A stretch of 52,335 nucleotides of DNA from Chiloscyllium plagiosum (taxonomy: Eukaryota). The notes below the pieces were generated by a model. The model worked only from the letters and a program-made list of their open reading frames with translations, made no database searches and was not told where the DNA came from. The DNA is taken from assembly GCF_004010195.1 (NCBI RefSeq), contig NC_057719.1:52968745-53021079 (forward strand). The letters run 5' to 3'. Numbering within the stretch: position 1 is the first letter of the stretch; the number at the start of each line of letters is the position of its first letter. Of this stretch, positions 26,196 through 38,429 are shown in pieces. A program made the position numbers and the translations under genes.

Positions 26196-26529
26196 CTCTC
26201 TCTTTTTCAAATTATTTAACATGATCCCTGAATCACACTGTTATTCACTTTAGTTTTGTTATTCTATTATCAGTTCAGCTCAACTTTTTGTCTTGCATAT
26301 CTTATTGTTGAGAGCGCAGCTCAAAGCTCTTGAACAACTTTGGAAGCTCCTTATTCTTTTATTGAGTGGTTGATGCCATGCCATGAGTTGAACTCAAGAC
26401 AGATTAGTCAAGGCGAAGGCAATGTCAAGAATTATTTTCGGGCTTAGACTTCAAAGTCTCAACATTTATGATACACCATCTTAAGCACTGCTGTACCTGA
26501 TAATTATACATGTAACAAGCTCTGACTTC

Positions 26530-26675
26530 ATAAAAACCAAAGAACTGCAGATGCTGGAAATCAGAAACAAAAAGTTCTGGGAAGGGTCACTGGACCCAGA
26601 ACGTAAACTCTGATTTCTCTCCGCATTTGCTGCTGACAAGCTGAGTTTTTACAGCAGTTTCTGATTTTGTTTCTG
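26530..26675. mobile_element. Palindromic Penelope pLTR stub
   Basis: aaatcagaaacaaaa versus gtttctgattttgtttctg; gggtcactggaccc stem II. Confidence 0.8.
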
Positions 26676-27092
26676 ACTTTATAGCTAGCTACATGAGGTA
26701 AGGACTAAACTATCTTCATTGTGTTTTGATATTTATGTGCTCCTCATATATATTCAAATGAATTACTGAGATTACTTCTTTTTACAGCATATATTGAACA
26801 TATTTGTTCTTAAATCTCTTAGTCTTTGACTTGATTCATCATAAACAACAGGAAGATCCAGGAAAGTCTAACACCCAGTATAGAAGCACTTGAGGTAAAT
26901 TTGATGATCTTGCTTTCTTTCTGCTGGCTTCCAGTAGGTCAGAGATTCAATCAATCAATCTGACTGAAAGAACTTGTGATGTAACTGTATAAGAATTATG
27001 AAGTAGCTATACTTCTGCTCCATTATTAGCATCAGTTGTCCTTGTTAGTTCCCTGGATATTAAATGAAATAGTTCATTCCTATGTAGTTATA

Positions 27093-27307
27093 CAGTTGGT
27101 TCTGCTATAGCGCGTGTTTCCTCAACATGAATTGGCTATAACACAATTGAAGAATTTAGACCTTTATTTGTAGAATGGGAACTTACTTACCTGTATTGGC
27201 TATAAAGCAATTCCAGCTCCAGGTTTAATGACATGGCTAATGCGTGATTTATTTATAACTTGAAATTGCACGAGAACAGAACTATTGCATTATATCAGAA
27301 CCGACTG
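27093..27307. mobile_element. Tc1/mariner (Tigger/pogo-like) MITE
   Basis: TA on both sides; ~21 bp imperfect TIRs cagttggttctgctatagcgc and gcattatatcagaaccgactg. Confidence 0.85.
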
Positions 27308-27394
27308 TACATCAGTCCGTAGTATACCTTAGAGAAATGATCTGTTTTGCTACAATTAGTATATTGTTGGCAGAAGGCTGGACAATTTTACAGT

Positions 27395-27530
27395 CACCGA
27401 ATCATAGAATCAGACAGTCTAGAAACAGGCCCTCTCTGGCTAACAAATATCAAACTACACGCATCTCATTTACCTGCAATTGGTCTATAACCCCCTATGC
27501 TCTGGCATTTTAAGAGCTCATTAACGTGAG
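27395..27530 (-). mobile_element. CR1 3' tail fragment
   Basis: aatcatagaatc...agaaacaggccct. Confidence 0.65.
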
Positions 27531-30500
27531 GTTTTAGAACCACGCCTATGACAAGATATTTTGGTATTCGATTGCTTAGGATTTTGCATTGGCATTGTCA
27601 GATGCAATACATAGTTCAGATAAGTGTCATGTGTCTTCTGGTCAGACCAGTTATTGTGCTTTCAGCAGTCAACATGTACTGGAGAATGTTCTGCATTAAA
27701 TGAAATTTTAATTGAGTAATACATCTTGAACAGTTTTCTCAACTCTTTATCCATTGCTATTTTACTTTTCATTTGAAAATTAGATCTTCCTTTGATTGAA
27801 TGTGTTCAGTGACTGATTTATCAAAGAGAGATACAGCAATTATTTTACAAATGAGCTCTTGTGGAATCTTCACTTTAGAGATCCTGTGTACTATTAGGGT
27901 GAAATCAGCAAACAATAAAACAGGACGCATCAAATGGTGGTTTTTAAGCATAAGTCAGTGTATGATATCCATGTGTAGTCCATCATGATAAACAGCAGGT
28001 TGGGAACAATCATGAGGCACCTATTTTACACTCTTCATCAATGTTAGCTTTCAATGTTTCAAAGTTTGCGTAGTCTGCTGAATTGTGCTCCTGTGAAAAG
28101 TTGAAAGATAGAATTAAACATGACTCACTGATTCCATCCATTGTCTCACAGGGTGAATGTAAGTGTAGGTGATTTGATCCTGCTACAATCCTTGCTCATT
28201 GTCTGAAAGCACAGTATAGTCTACATTAAAGTACAGCACATTGGACACAGTCATTAACATCATGGTCCGAGCAATTGCAAGCCACATACTTGCATCCTGG
28301 GGCAACAGATACAATCTTTTTAACCTGAGTACTCCTTCGGTACCAGCACTAATCACCATTCTGGTGGTATGGAACAGCTGCCTGTTTTTGATTAGTTGGC
28401 AGCTTCCAGAGTTGGGTGTTTTTTTCATATAGGAGAAATTGGTGAAGGAAATAATACCTGCAAGTCTGGGAACCCAACTGGCCATAAGCAGTCTGCCGAT
28501 TTGGATTTAATATATTTGGGATTCTCAGAATTGGCCAAAAAGGGTGTGCAACTGATATTCCAGTTGATAAACAGACTCACTGCTATGACCAGGATCACCA
28601 CAAAACTTCTGTCCAAAGAGATTTTAGATTACTAAACAAATCAAAATAGTACTTCCTCAAAAGGATCCATTAACTCCATTGGACTTCAGTACACAGGATT
28701 AATGTGCCCTCACATTATTTATTTGTGCAGGTTTCTTCAGGATTTTGAGAATCTTGAATAAGGTAAATTGGACAAGGGAATGAGAGGACTTCAGATTCAA
28801 GTTAATACATGTTCTTTTTTTTTGGAAAAGTATTAAAAAAGAGACTATAATGAGGCATTTTGATGGAAAAGTTTCCACAACATATGGCAATATTATTTTT
28901 ATGTGCAGACGAACATAAAGTGCAGCTCAAGGAGGGACTTGGAAAATTACCATGGTTAATTTGATTGTGTACGAATGCACATTCAAAAATCTATCCAGAT
29001 AGAACTGTGCAGAAATGAATTAACAATTGTTATAGCCAGACATGACTGAAATGGCAGGTTTTAATTAGTGATGTATTTTTAGTGAGGTTTTTATTAACAG
29101 ATGATAAAATCTTGTTCTGTAGTTGGTTGTGAGATTTTCTAATGTTCTAGATTTGAAAAGAAAGGAATATTTACTTGCTTTTGTTATACCTTTTTGTTCT
29201 TCTCAATAGAACCTCAGACTATTACAAACTTTCACTAATTAGTTTCAAATTCTAATACTCATTAATACTAAGCCGTATTGGACCATCTACTTACCCAGTA
29301 ATTGCATTCAGAAGTATTGCGGATGTCTTTTCAATGGTGTAACAATTGATAATGACTGAGAACAATCTCTCTGGCCCCCAGAGAAACAATATGAGCGTGG
29401 AATCTCATTCTTTTAGAAGGAAATTAATGCTGGAGAGCTAACAAATAAAAAGTTTTTTAAAGTTAATTTTTCCAATTTGCTCTTTTGGTTCTCCTTAGAC
29501 ACAACTGTATTTTCAATCTTTACTTCTCAACTTGTATAAGATCTAAATGTAATTTATGTTTCCTAATATTAATTCCCTTTGTGCTTCAGCTAAACCAAGA
29601 AAATAGTGACTAACCTACTCCAAGAGATAGAATGGAACCTTAAGTAAGCCATAAGACCACAGGACTTATTGCCTGTTTGTTTTTTAAAGTTCTAATTCCA
29701 GTCACATAAGTTTATTCAGTATTGTGAAACTTGGCAGCAGTAAGGTAAACATTAGTGCATTAAAGAAATGAGTGTTTTTGCATTATAGCTACTGGATCAA
29801 GATTCTGCCTGAGGGAAGCTTCAATAGACAGACAACCATCCCATACCTCCCCCCACCCAACTCTTCCAGAGACCTGAAACCTCCAAACTCACATGTGACC
29901 CTAAATAACCCTCTTGACCATGCTCTATTCCAGAAAGCTAGTTGGTGAAGAATAGAACTGGAAGCAACATTAACACACCTTTTTATATTTATCAACAAAG
30001 TTCCATATTACAGATATATACCTCCTAACCCATCAGTTACAATTTCTTGCCTTATTTATGCAAAACAATTCAGACAAGATAGCAGTTACTGTGATAATCC
30101 CCACCTCCAAGCCCCCAAATTTCTTCTCCACTCGTAATGGTTCCACAATTCCTCTCACTACCAGACATCTGACATGCTTTGAATGATTATGGAGAACTTC
30201 AACAACATACATTTCAATTTAAAGCAAGAGTTAGAAATTTGAAACAGTTTTCAATTTAATAATCTTTTACAGTTGAACAATATATTTAGGATTGATTCAT
30301 TAAAATTTAATAAGTTTAAACATAGGATTGAAATTCAAATTTAGGCTTCATTGTCATGTGTCCTCAAGTACAAAAACACAGGAATACAGTGAAAAGTCTT
30401 CAATGTCATCACACATGGCACCATCTTAGCTACTAGTACCTCAGTACAAAAACTTAAGAACAAAGTAGAAAGAAATAAGGAACAAAATTAAAAGTTAAGC

Positions 30501-31082
30501 ATGACAGTCCTTCTTAGTATTAAGTCGAAAAATAAAGAAATAAAGCTAAAAGTTCAAACAATATAGTCTTTCTTAAGTGTTCAGCGTGGTGGTATTTCCT
30601 ACAAGGGCTCAAATTCCACTTTGGCACACTTTCCCCTCGATTGCTTGATCTTCTCTGCTCTTGTCATTGCTGCAGATGACAGCAGAACTTCCATCGCTAC
30701 TTTGGGCTCGCTCCTGAGATCTCAGAAGGCCAAAGTCACAATCCAGGTCTTCAGCCGCTGCCACACATTGAACTGCCAAGGCCCTAATCTAAGTCCCATC
30801 CGCGCAGGGTCTCAGGAACTCACTGCCCCCAGTCACTGCCTAACACAGGACATCCAGCCTACTGCCAAATTCAACAAGCCTTATACTGTCACTGCTGCTG
30901 CCTGTCTCCAGAAGGTAGGTTAGGTGAAATAAAACCAAAAAATATCTAAAATTTAGTTCTTGGTAATTACTACAGGGAAATATTGCATATCTCAATTTTC
31001 ATATTATAACATGATTTAAGTTGTTAGAGAGACGCAATTATTCTCCTAGCAATTTTTTTTGACAATGTAATGACATTTGCAC

Positions 31083-33676
31083 ATAGAGTCATAGAGTCAT
31101 AGAGATGTGCAGCATGGAACAGACCCTTCGGTCCAACCCGTCCATGCCGACCAGATATCCCACCTGCCAGCACCCGGTCCATATCCCTCCAAACCCTTTC
31201 TATTCATATACCCATCCAAATGCCTCTTAAATGTTGCAATTGTACCAGACTCCACCACATCCTCTGGCAGCTCATTCCATACACATACCACCCTCTGCGT
31301 GAAAATGTTGCCCCTTAGGTCTCTTTTATATCTTTCCCCTCTCACCCTGAAGTCATGCCCTCTAGTTCTGGACACCCCAACCCCAGGGAAAAGACTTTGC
31401 CTATTTATCCTATCCATGCCCCTCATAATTTTGTAAACCTCTATAAGGTCACCCCTCAGCCTCCGACGCTCCAGGGAAAACAGCCCCAGCATGTTCAGCC
31501 TCTCACTGTAGTTCAGATCCTCCAACCCTGGCAACATCCTTGTAAATTGTTTCTGAACCCTTTCCAGTTTCACAATATCTTTCCAATAGGAAGGAGACCA
31601 GAATTGCATGCAATATTCCAACAGTGGCCTAACCAATGTCCTGTACAGCCGCAACATGACCTCCCAATTCCTGAAGAAGGGCTTGTGCCCGAAACGTCAA
31701 TTCTCCTGTTCCTTAGATGCTGCCTGACCTGCTGCGCTTTTCCAGCAAAACATTTTCAGCTCCCAATTTCTGTACTCAATACTCTGACCAATAAAGGAAA
31801 GCATACCAAACACCCCTTCTTTACTATCCTATCTACCTGCAACTCCACTTTCAAGGAGCTATGAACCTGCACGCCAAGGTCTCTTTGTTCAGCTACACTC
31901 CGTAGGACCTTACCATTAAGTGTATAAGTCCTGCTAAGATTTGCTTTCCCAAAATGCAGCACCTTGCATTTATCTGAATTAAACTCCATCTGCCACTCCT
32001 CAGCCCATTGGCCCATCTGGTCAAGATCCTGTTGTAATCTGAGGTAATCCTCTTCGCTGTCCACTACACCTCCAATTTTGGCATCATCTGCAAACTTACT
32101 AACTGTACCTCTTATGCTCGCATCCAAATCATTTATGTAAATGACAAAAAGTAGAGGGCCCAGCACCGATCCTCGTGGAACTCCATTGGTCACAGGCCTC
32201 CAGTCTGAAAAACAACCCTCCACCAGCACCCTGTGACTTCTACTTTTGAGCCAGTTCTGTATTCAAATGGCTAGTTCTCCCTGTATTCCATGGGATCTAA
32301 CCTTGCTAATCAGTCTCCCATGGGGAACCTTGTCGAACGCCTTACTGAAGTCCATATAGATCACATTTACTGCTCTGCCCTCATCAATCTTCTTTGTTAC
32401 TTCTTCAAAAACCTCAATCAAGTTTGTGAGACATGATTTCCCACGCACAAAGCCATGTTGACTATCCTGAAGCAGCCCTTGCCTTTCCAAATACATATAC
32501 ATCCTGTCCCTCAGGATTCTCTCCAACACCTTCCCCACCACTGAGGTCAAGCTCACTGGCCTATAGTTCCCTGGCTTGTCTTTACCACCCTTCTTAAACA
32601 GTGGCACCACGTTTGCCAACCTCCAGTCTTCCGGCACCTCACCTGTGACTGTCGATGATACAAATATCTCAGCAAGAGGCCCAGCAATCACTTCTCTAGC
32701 TTCTCACAGAGTTCTCTGGTACACCTGATCAGGTCCTGGGGATTTATCCACCTTTAACCATTTCAAGACATCCAGCACTACCTCCTCTGTAATCTGGACA
32801 TTTTGCAAGATGTCACCATCTATTTCCCTACAGTCTATATCTTCCATATCCTTTTCCACAGTAAATACTGATGCAAAATATTCATTTAGTATCTCTCCCA
32901 TTTTCTGTGGCTCCACACAAAGGCTGCCTTGCTGATCTTTGAGGGGCCCTATTCTCTCCCTAGTTACCTTTTTGTCCTTAATATATTTGTAAAACCCCTT
33001 TGGATTCTCCTTAATTCTATTTGCTAAAGCTGTCTCATGTACCCATTTTGCCCTCTTAATTTCCTCTTAAGTATACTCCTACTTTCTTTAAACTCATCTA
33101 AGGATTCACTTGATCTATCCTGTCTGTACCTGACATATGTTTCCTTCTTCTTCTTAACTGAACGCTCAATTTCTTTAGTCATCCAGCATTCCCTATAGTT
33201 ACCAGCCTTCCATTTCACCCTGACAGGAATATACCTTCTCTGGATTCTTGTCATCTCATTTCTGAAGGCTTCCCATTTTCCAGTCGTCCCTTTACCTGCG
33301 AACATCTGCCTCCAATCAGCTTTTGGAAGTTTTTGCCTAATACCATCAAAATTGGCCTTTCTCCAATTTAGAACTTCAACTTTTAGATTTGGTCTATCCT
33401 TTTCCATCATTATTTTAAAATGAATAGAATTATGGTCACTCGCCCCAAAGTACTCTCCCAGTGACACCTCAGTCACCTGCCCTGCCTTATTTCCCGAGAG
33501 TAGGTCAAGTTTTGTACCTTCTCTAGTAGGTACATCCACATACTGAATCAGAAAATTGTCTTGTACACACTTAAGAAATTCCTCTCCACCTAAATCTTTA
33601 ACACTATGGCAGTCCCAGTTGATGTTTGGAAAGTTAAAGTCCCCTACCATAACCACCCTATTATTCTTACAGATAT
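31083..33676 (-). mobile_element. CR1 LINE, most of ORF2, same young subfamily as 13745-16578
   Basis: VGDFNFP, SDHNSI, KSPGPD, PGNYRPVSLTS, GVPRGSVLGP, FADD; catagagtcatagagtc tail. Confidence 0.97.
31670..31759 (+). mobile_element. 90-bp Penelope pLTR stub with hammerhead core, nested in CR1
   Basis: CTGAAGA-a-gggc-ttgt-gccc-GAAAc-gtc; flanked by ctcccaatt at 31661-31669 and 31760-31768. Confidence 0.9.
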
Positions 33677-33679
33677 GTT

Positions 33680-33975
33680 TTGATATGGGCATAATCAGTA
33701 AGATTACTGCAGATGTATTCCTTAGGGTTAGTTTATTGATGTGGTCCAGATTAAAGTTTTTTATTCTTTATTCCCATTAATGTTATAAAGTGTTGTGAAT
33801 ATTTTTAGACTGGAATAACAAGAATGATGAGTTGAATCTTCTCATTATTTTAGCAAATTGTTTCTTCGGTGAGATTCATGGTGGGGTGCGGGTCTACCAT
33901 GGTACATACACCTAGCCATACAGCTCATGAACTATGTAATCATGGCAGAAGAGGTGGAAGTACATGTCGTTGCTG
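33680..33975 (-). pseudogene. Ig-domain remnant
   Basis: MARCMYHGRPAPHHESHRRNNLLK* (33845-33919); KLTLRNTSAV (~33705-33735). Confidence 0.55.
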
Positions 33976-33979
33976 GGAC

Positions 33980-34302
33980 TTTAGATTAGATTGGATTTCC
34001 TACAGTATGGGAACAGGCCCTTCGGCCCAACAAGTCCATACCAACCCTCCGAAAAGTAACTGGCACAGATCCATTCTCCTACCCTATATTTACCCCTGAC
34101 TCATGCACCTAACACTATGGGCAATTTAACATGTCTAATTCACCTGACCTGCACATCTTTGGATTGTGGGAGGAAACCGAAGCACCCAGAGGAAACCCAT
34201 GCAGATACAGGGAGAATGTGCAAACTCCACACAGACAGTTGCCCGAGGCAGGTACCTGGTGCTGTGAGGCATTAGTGCTAACCACTGAGCCACCGTGCCA
34301 CA
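33980..34302 (-). mobile_element. HE1-type SINE
   Basis: Reverse of ggcacggtggctcagtggttagcact...; ttagattaga tail. Confidence 0.92.
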
Positions 34303-34404
34303 CCCTTTTACAATGTTCACACCACTGGTGCTATTTTTAAAAGCCCAGAAGCACAGTAAGAACTGCCCATTGCAATGTGGTCAGGCATCTTTATTCCCAA
34401 AGGA

Positions 34405-34725
34405 TATAGAATCATGGAATCCCTACAGTGTGGAAGCAAGCTATTCAGCACATCAAGTCCACACTGACCCTCAAAAGAGCATTCCACCCAGACCCGCCCC
34501 TTAACCCTACATTTTTCATGGCTAACCCATCCCTGGACACTACAGGCTATTTAGCATGGCCATGCTACCTAACCTGCACATCTTTGGACTGTGGGAGGAA
34601 GTAAGAGTACCCAGAGGAAATCCTTGCAGATGTGGGGAGAATGTGCAAACTCCACACAGTCAGTCGCCTGAGGGTGGAATTGAACCTGGGCTCCTGGTGC
34701 TGTGAGGCAGTATTGCTAACCACAG
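34405..34725 (-). mobile_element. HE1-type SINE
   Basis: ggagaatgtgcaaactccacacag core; reversed B box gaattgaacc. Confidence 0.9.
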
Positions 34726-35654
34726 AATAACATAGCCCAGACAGGAAATTTGGCCTCCTCACTTTGCCTACAGGGATCTGGATGGGGTAGTTAATTTTTA
34801 CCTGCTGTCCAGTAAAGGAACCCATGCCACCAAACACAACCAGCCTGGACAAAGGTGCTGGCCTGGATTAAAGAAGTAATCTGCCATAAAATAAATGTCT
34901 AGCAGTGAAGGAAGAAGGTAAATAAATGACCTCCATGTGCTGCACAAGTATGAGTGCCACCATTTCTCTCTGCTCCCTCATATTCACAGGGCCACCATGT
35001 AGCCAAACTCTGCCACTGCTTACAACTCTCACCAAGGCTCATGGACTGCAAGTTTTATTATTGCATGTAGCATACCCAATCAACAGCTCTCAATGATCAC
35101 ATTCTCCCAAACTGCCAATGCTTTCTGCCCTCTGCCCTCTCTTGCATCAGCATCACCATTAACTGCTCTTCCATCCACTTCCATCATGCTCAATTCCTCT
35201 TCTGCTGTCTCATTGTGTGAATAAATGTCACATAACTGGAAAAAGACAACCAGTGATGGACATCAGAGTCCTCATGCATATGAAGAAAATGTTCTGGATT
35301 TGGCCAGGAGAGATTGCGGATTCTTGTGTGAATGGATGGACAATGAACCAAGTGAACTTCTTTGTGCTATACTGCACTGCTCTCCCATTAATACCAGTGC
35401 TAACTCATTCCTATCATAAACAAACATTTAGCTCTTTTACACAACTAATTTCTTCCCTTTTATTCAACCGTAAGTGGTACCCAGCAAACAGCCATGCAGC
35501 TCACCTGAACCTCTGAGGAGGAAGCCTTTCAACCCTCAGAGGGTACACTGGCTCGACTTTCATCTGCACTGTTGAGCAGTTCACAGACTTTCACATCAGT
35601 GGGTATTCCATCTGGATTAAACTTGGAAACACGATCTGGTGAATACATCCACAG

Positions 35655-35984
35655 GGTGGCATGGTGGCTCAGTGGTTAGCACTGCTGCCTCAGCACCAGG
35701 ACCCAGGTTCGATTCTGATCTCAGGCAACAGTCTGTGTGGAGTTTGCACATTCTCCCCATGTCTGCGTGGGTTTCCTCTGGGTGCTCCGGTTTCCTCCCA
35801 TAATCCAAAAATGTGCAGATTAGGTGAATTGACCATGCTAAATTTCCCATAGTGTTAGGTGAAGGAGTGAAGGGGTAAATGTAGGGGAATGGGTCTGGGT
35901 GGGTTACTCTTCGAAGGGTCGGTGTGGACTTGTTGGGCTGAAGGGCCTGTTTCCACACTGTAAATCATCAAATCTAATCTAATC
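35655..35984 (+). mobile_element. HE1-type SINE with 7-bp TSD
   Basis: A and B boxes intact, (aatct)n tail, tccacag at 35648-35654 and 35985-35991. Confidence 0.93.
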
Positions 35985-36849
35985 TCCACAGCTGGTTGAA
36001 GAAGAAATGACCCAGATCTCAGATGCCCAACACTGTTTGAGACTGGGCACTTGCTCAGCCCCAGGCAGAAGATGGTCTTGGCAATTAATGACTTCACGAA
36101 AGGCTCAAGAACATCAGGCAAGCTTGCCAGAGGCAGTTAGTAAAGTGATCATAGCATGCTAACTCCATCATACCACTGTGATACTGTGGGTTTCTTAATG
36201 CTACTGCCATGGAGAGTCAGGTCAAACATACTCAGTGTGTGTTAGACATACACAAAGAATTGGACTCCGTCCCTCTTGCCATCGCTGCTTAGCAGGCACT
36301 AATAAGGAGGAGGGAGCCACATTCCCAGGGACTCCCAGAGTTTCCTCTCAGGAAGTTTCAGATGTGCCTGGCATCTCCATTTCTCTCACACAATGACATC
36401 GTCTCCAGAAGTCCAGACTGAGCAGAGTCAGCTTGCCCAAATGTCCCCAGCGATGAAAAGTCCAATCTTCCAGACCAACAGCACGAACTGCCGAGTAGGC
36501 TCCCTCTACCCAGCTACAGAGAACAGGACTGCACTTAGACACAGTTAAGAGGGAAAACCCAGAAAAACAAAACCTATTCAAGCACATAGATAGCACTGTT
36601 GATACTTCATTGTAAACAATTTTGTCAATATATGATCACTCACACTTTTAAAATGTCTGCTTGGAATGAGTTGTTGAGATAAAAATTCAGAGTTGATGTA
36701 ATTTTGACATACACCAATCTGGGATTCCTTCTCAGTACAAATCCTGCTCCAAAAGATGATGCAGTTCAGTGATGATGGCTTGAGGCGTGTTTAGTCTTCC
36801 CTTGCACTGATTCTCTGAAAGTGAGAGAAAATGACTAAGAGACCAATAG

Positions 36850-37500
36850 TTCTGATTTTGTTTACCCTTCTCCATATCCTTGGGGGATCTTCATTTGCTG
36901 CTTCTCACTCTGTAGGCTGCTGTGCTTGTTGGGTTTGCTGACAATATTGAAATCGCTATCTTCTTTGATACTGTTGGCTGATTTGTATCAAGGCGGAATG
37001 AATTCCCCAACTGTGATTTTTGTCTCTGATACATGAGCCGATAATCTGGAAGACATGTTGGAATTGAGCAGCAGATCAGCAATGGTACTCTTGATCCCTT
37101 GAACCATTATGAAGTGACATGTTAATTGCTGACAAGGTGTACAGTAAGGACTTCACAAAGAAACCAATGTCATACTTTGACACCGAGATCTGAGCTCGGG
37201 AACATTACCCAGATGTTCAAATTGAGATTGTAACACCAGGGGACTGAATGACCATATCCACCATGGTAGCACACACTGTCAAAAAAGATCCATCCTTGAA
37301 CATCACAGACCATATCCTTGCATGCATATATGTTGGTGTGCCAAGGTGAGAGTACTGCAGCACTGTCCTCTGGTATCATGCTTGAAAAGTAATACTGGAA
37401 GTGGCAGAATCCCTCATGTAGAGACTAAATTGATTGTGATTTGTGTGAAAACTCTCGCCTCTCAACTTTCCCCTCATTATACTGCATATGATCCCACCCT
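36850..37500 (-). pseudogene. Ig-domain remnants including a near-complete V-like domain
   Basis: FSSMIPEDSAA; VQGWIFFDSVCYHGG..SVPWCY; ORF 36891..37082 LICCSIP...MYQRQK...AISILSANPTSTAAY. Confidence 0.55.
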
Positions 37501-37757
37501 TTTCTCTTGAATTGCCCCTTTCACTCTAACTTTGTCAACAGCAACCCAGTCGAATGGACCCGAATGCCAAGACTTCACAGACTGACCCCAACTGCATGAC
37601 TGTTAATGTCCAAAATCCCAAGACCGGCTGTGAGCCCCCTCCCTCCACCCCCTCCACCCTCCATATCCCCTCCCAAACCCCCACCCTTCACCCTCCATAC
37701 CGCTACCCCCTCCCACCTTCCACACCTCCAAACCACCCCCCACCCCATTCCACTTCA

Positions 37758-38197
37758 CATAAGACCATAAGACATAGGAGTGGAAGTAAGGCCATTCAGC
37801 CCATCGAGTCCACTCCGCCATTCAATCATGGCTGATGGGCATTTCAACTCCACTTACCTGCATTCTCCCCATAGTCCTTAATTCCTTGTGACATATCTTC
37901 AGCCGTTCCTCATATGTTAGACCTGTCATTTCAGGGATCATCCGTGTGAATCTCCGCTGGACACGTTCCAGTGCCAGTATGTCCTTCCTGAGGTGTGGGG
38001 CCCAAAACTGGACACAGTACTCCAAATGGGGCCTAACCAGAACTTTCTCAAGTCTCAGTAGCACAACAACAGTGCTTTTATATTCCAACCCTCTTGAGAT
38101 AAATGACAACATTGCATTCACTTTCTTAATCACGGACTCAACCTGCATGTTTACCTTTAGAGAATCCTCAACTAGCACTCCCAGATCCCTTTGTACA
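37758..38197 (-). mobile_element. CR1 LINE fragment with internal deletion
   Basis: VQRDLGVLV...LVRPHLEYCVQFWAPH...YEERL; cataagaccataagacata tail. Confidence 0.92.
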
Positions 38198-38429
38198 TCC
38201 CCCAGTCCCCCTCCACACCCCATCCCCCAGCCCCCCTCCGCTCTCCCACCCTCCTCCAACGACACTCCATTAACATGCAAGACGGCTTCAGCTGAGAACA
38301 GCCCAGCATTTGGATTGATGTGCCTATGACCTTCAGATTCATTGCAGATGACCTGGAGTATTGACCATAGCCAATCCTCAGACTAGCTAATAATGAGAGA
38401 CATAATAGAAATTGTACCATGTGCAGTTT

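Larger units (their letters stand above)
23820..28900 (-). pseudogene. Best-preserved block of the Ig fossil: roughly ten or more back-to-back Ig domains without evident introns
   Basis: EVLSFPCPIY; GVLRLKRLYLLPQDASMWLAIA..TVSNVLYFNVDY; ADFTLIV/QDL*SEDST/ELICKI (27838-27909); KESKIIKFTSSAS..VRLSWIF; NKSIRTGEGKNIVNITF...TCFHDGTP; PIFVELGVESVWNLFTC...VINCFKQ...FQRLIDEDC...KDGTNNYTYL (24430-24690, one frame); SLFYCDI...YHGTNLKL...LHVNSVT. Confidence 0.72.

Noticed and set aside
13745..33676. Inversion mediated by the two oppositely oriented young CR1 copies
   Set aside because: Ig remnants are on the minus strand both between and outside the two elements, so no inversion is indicated.
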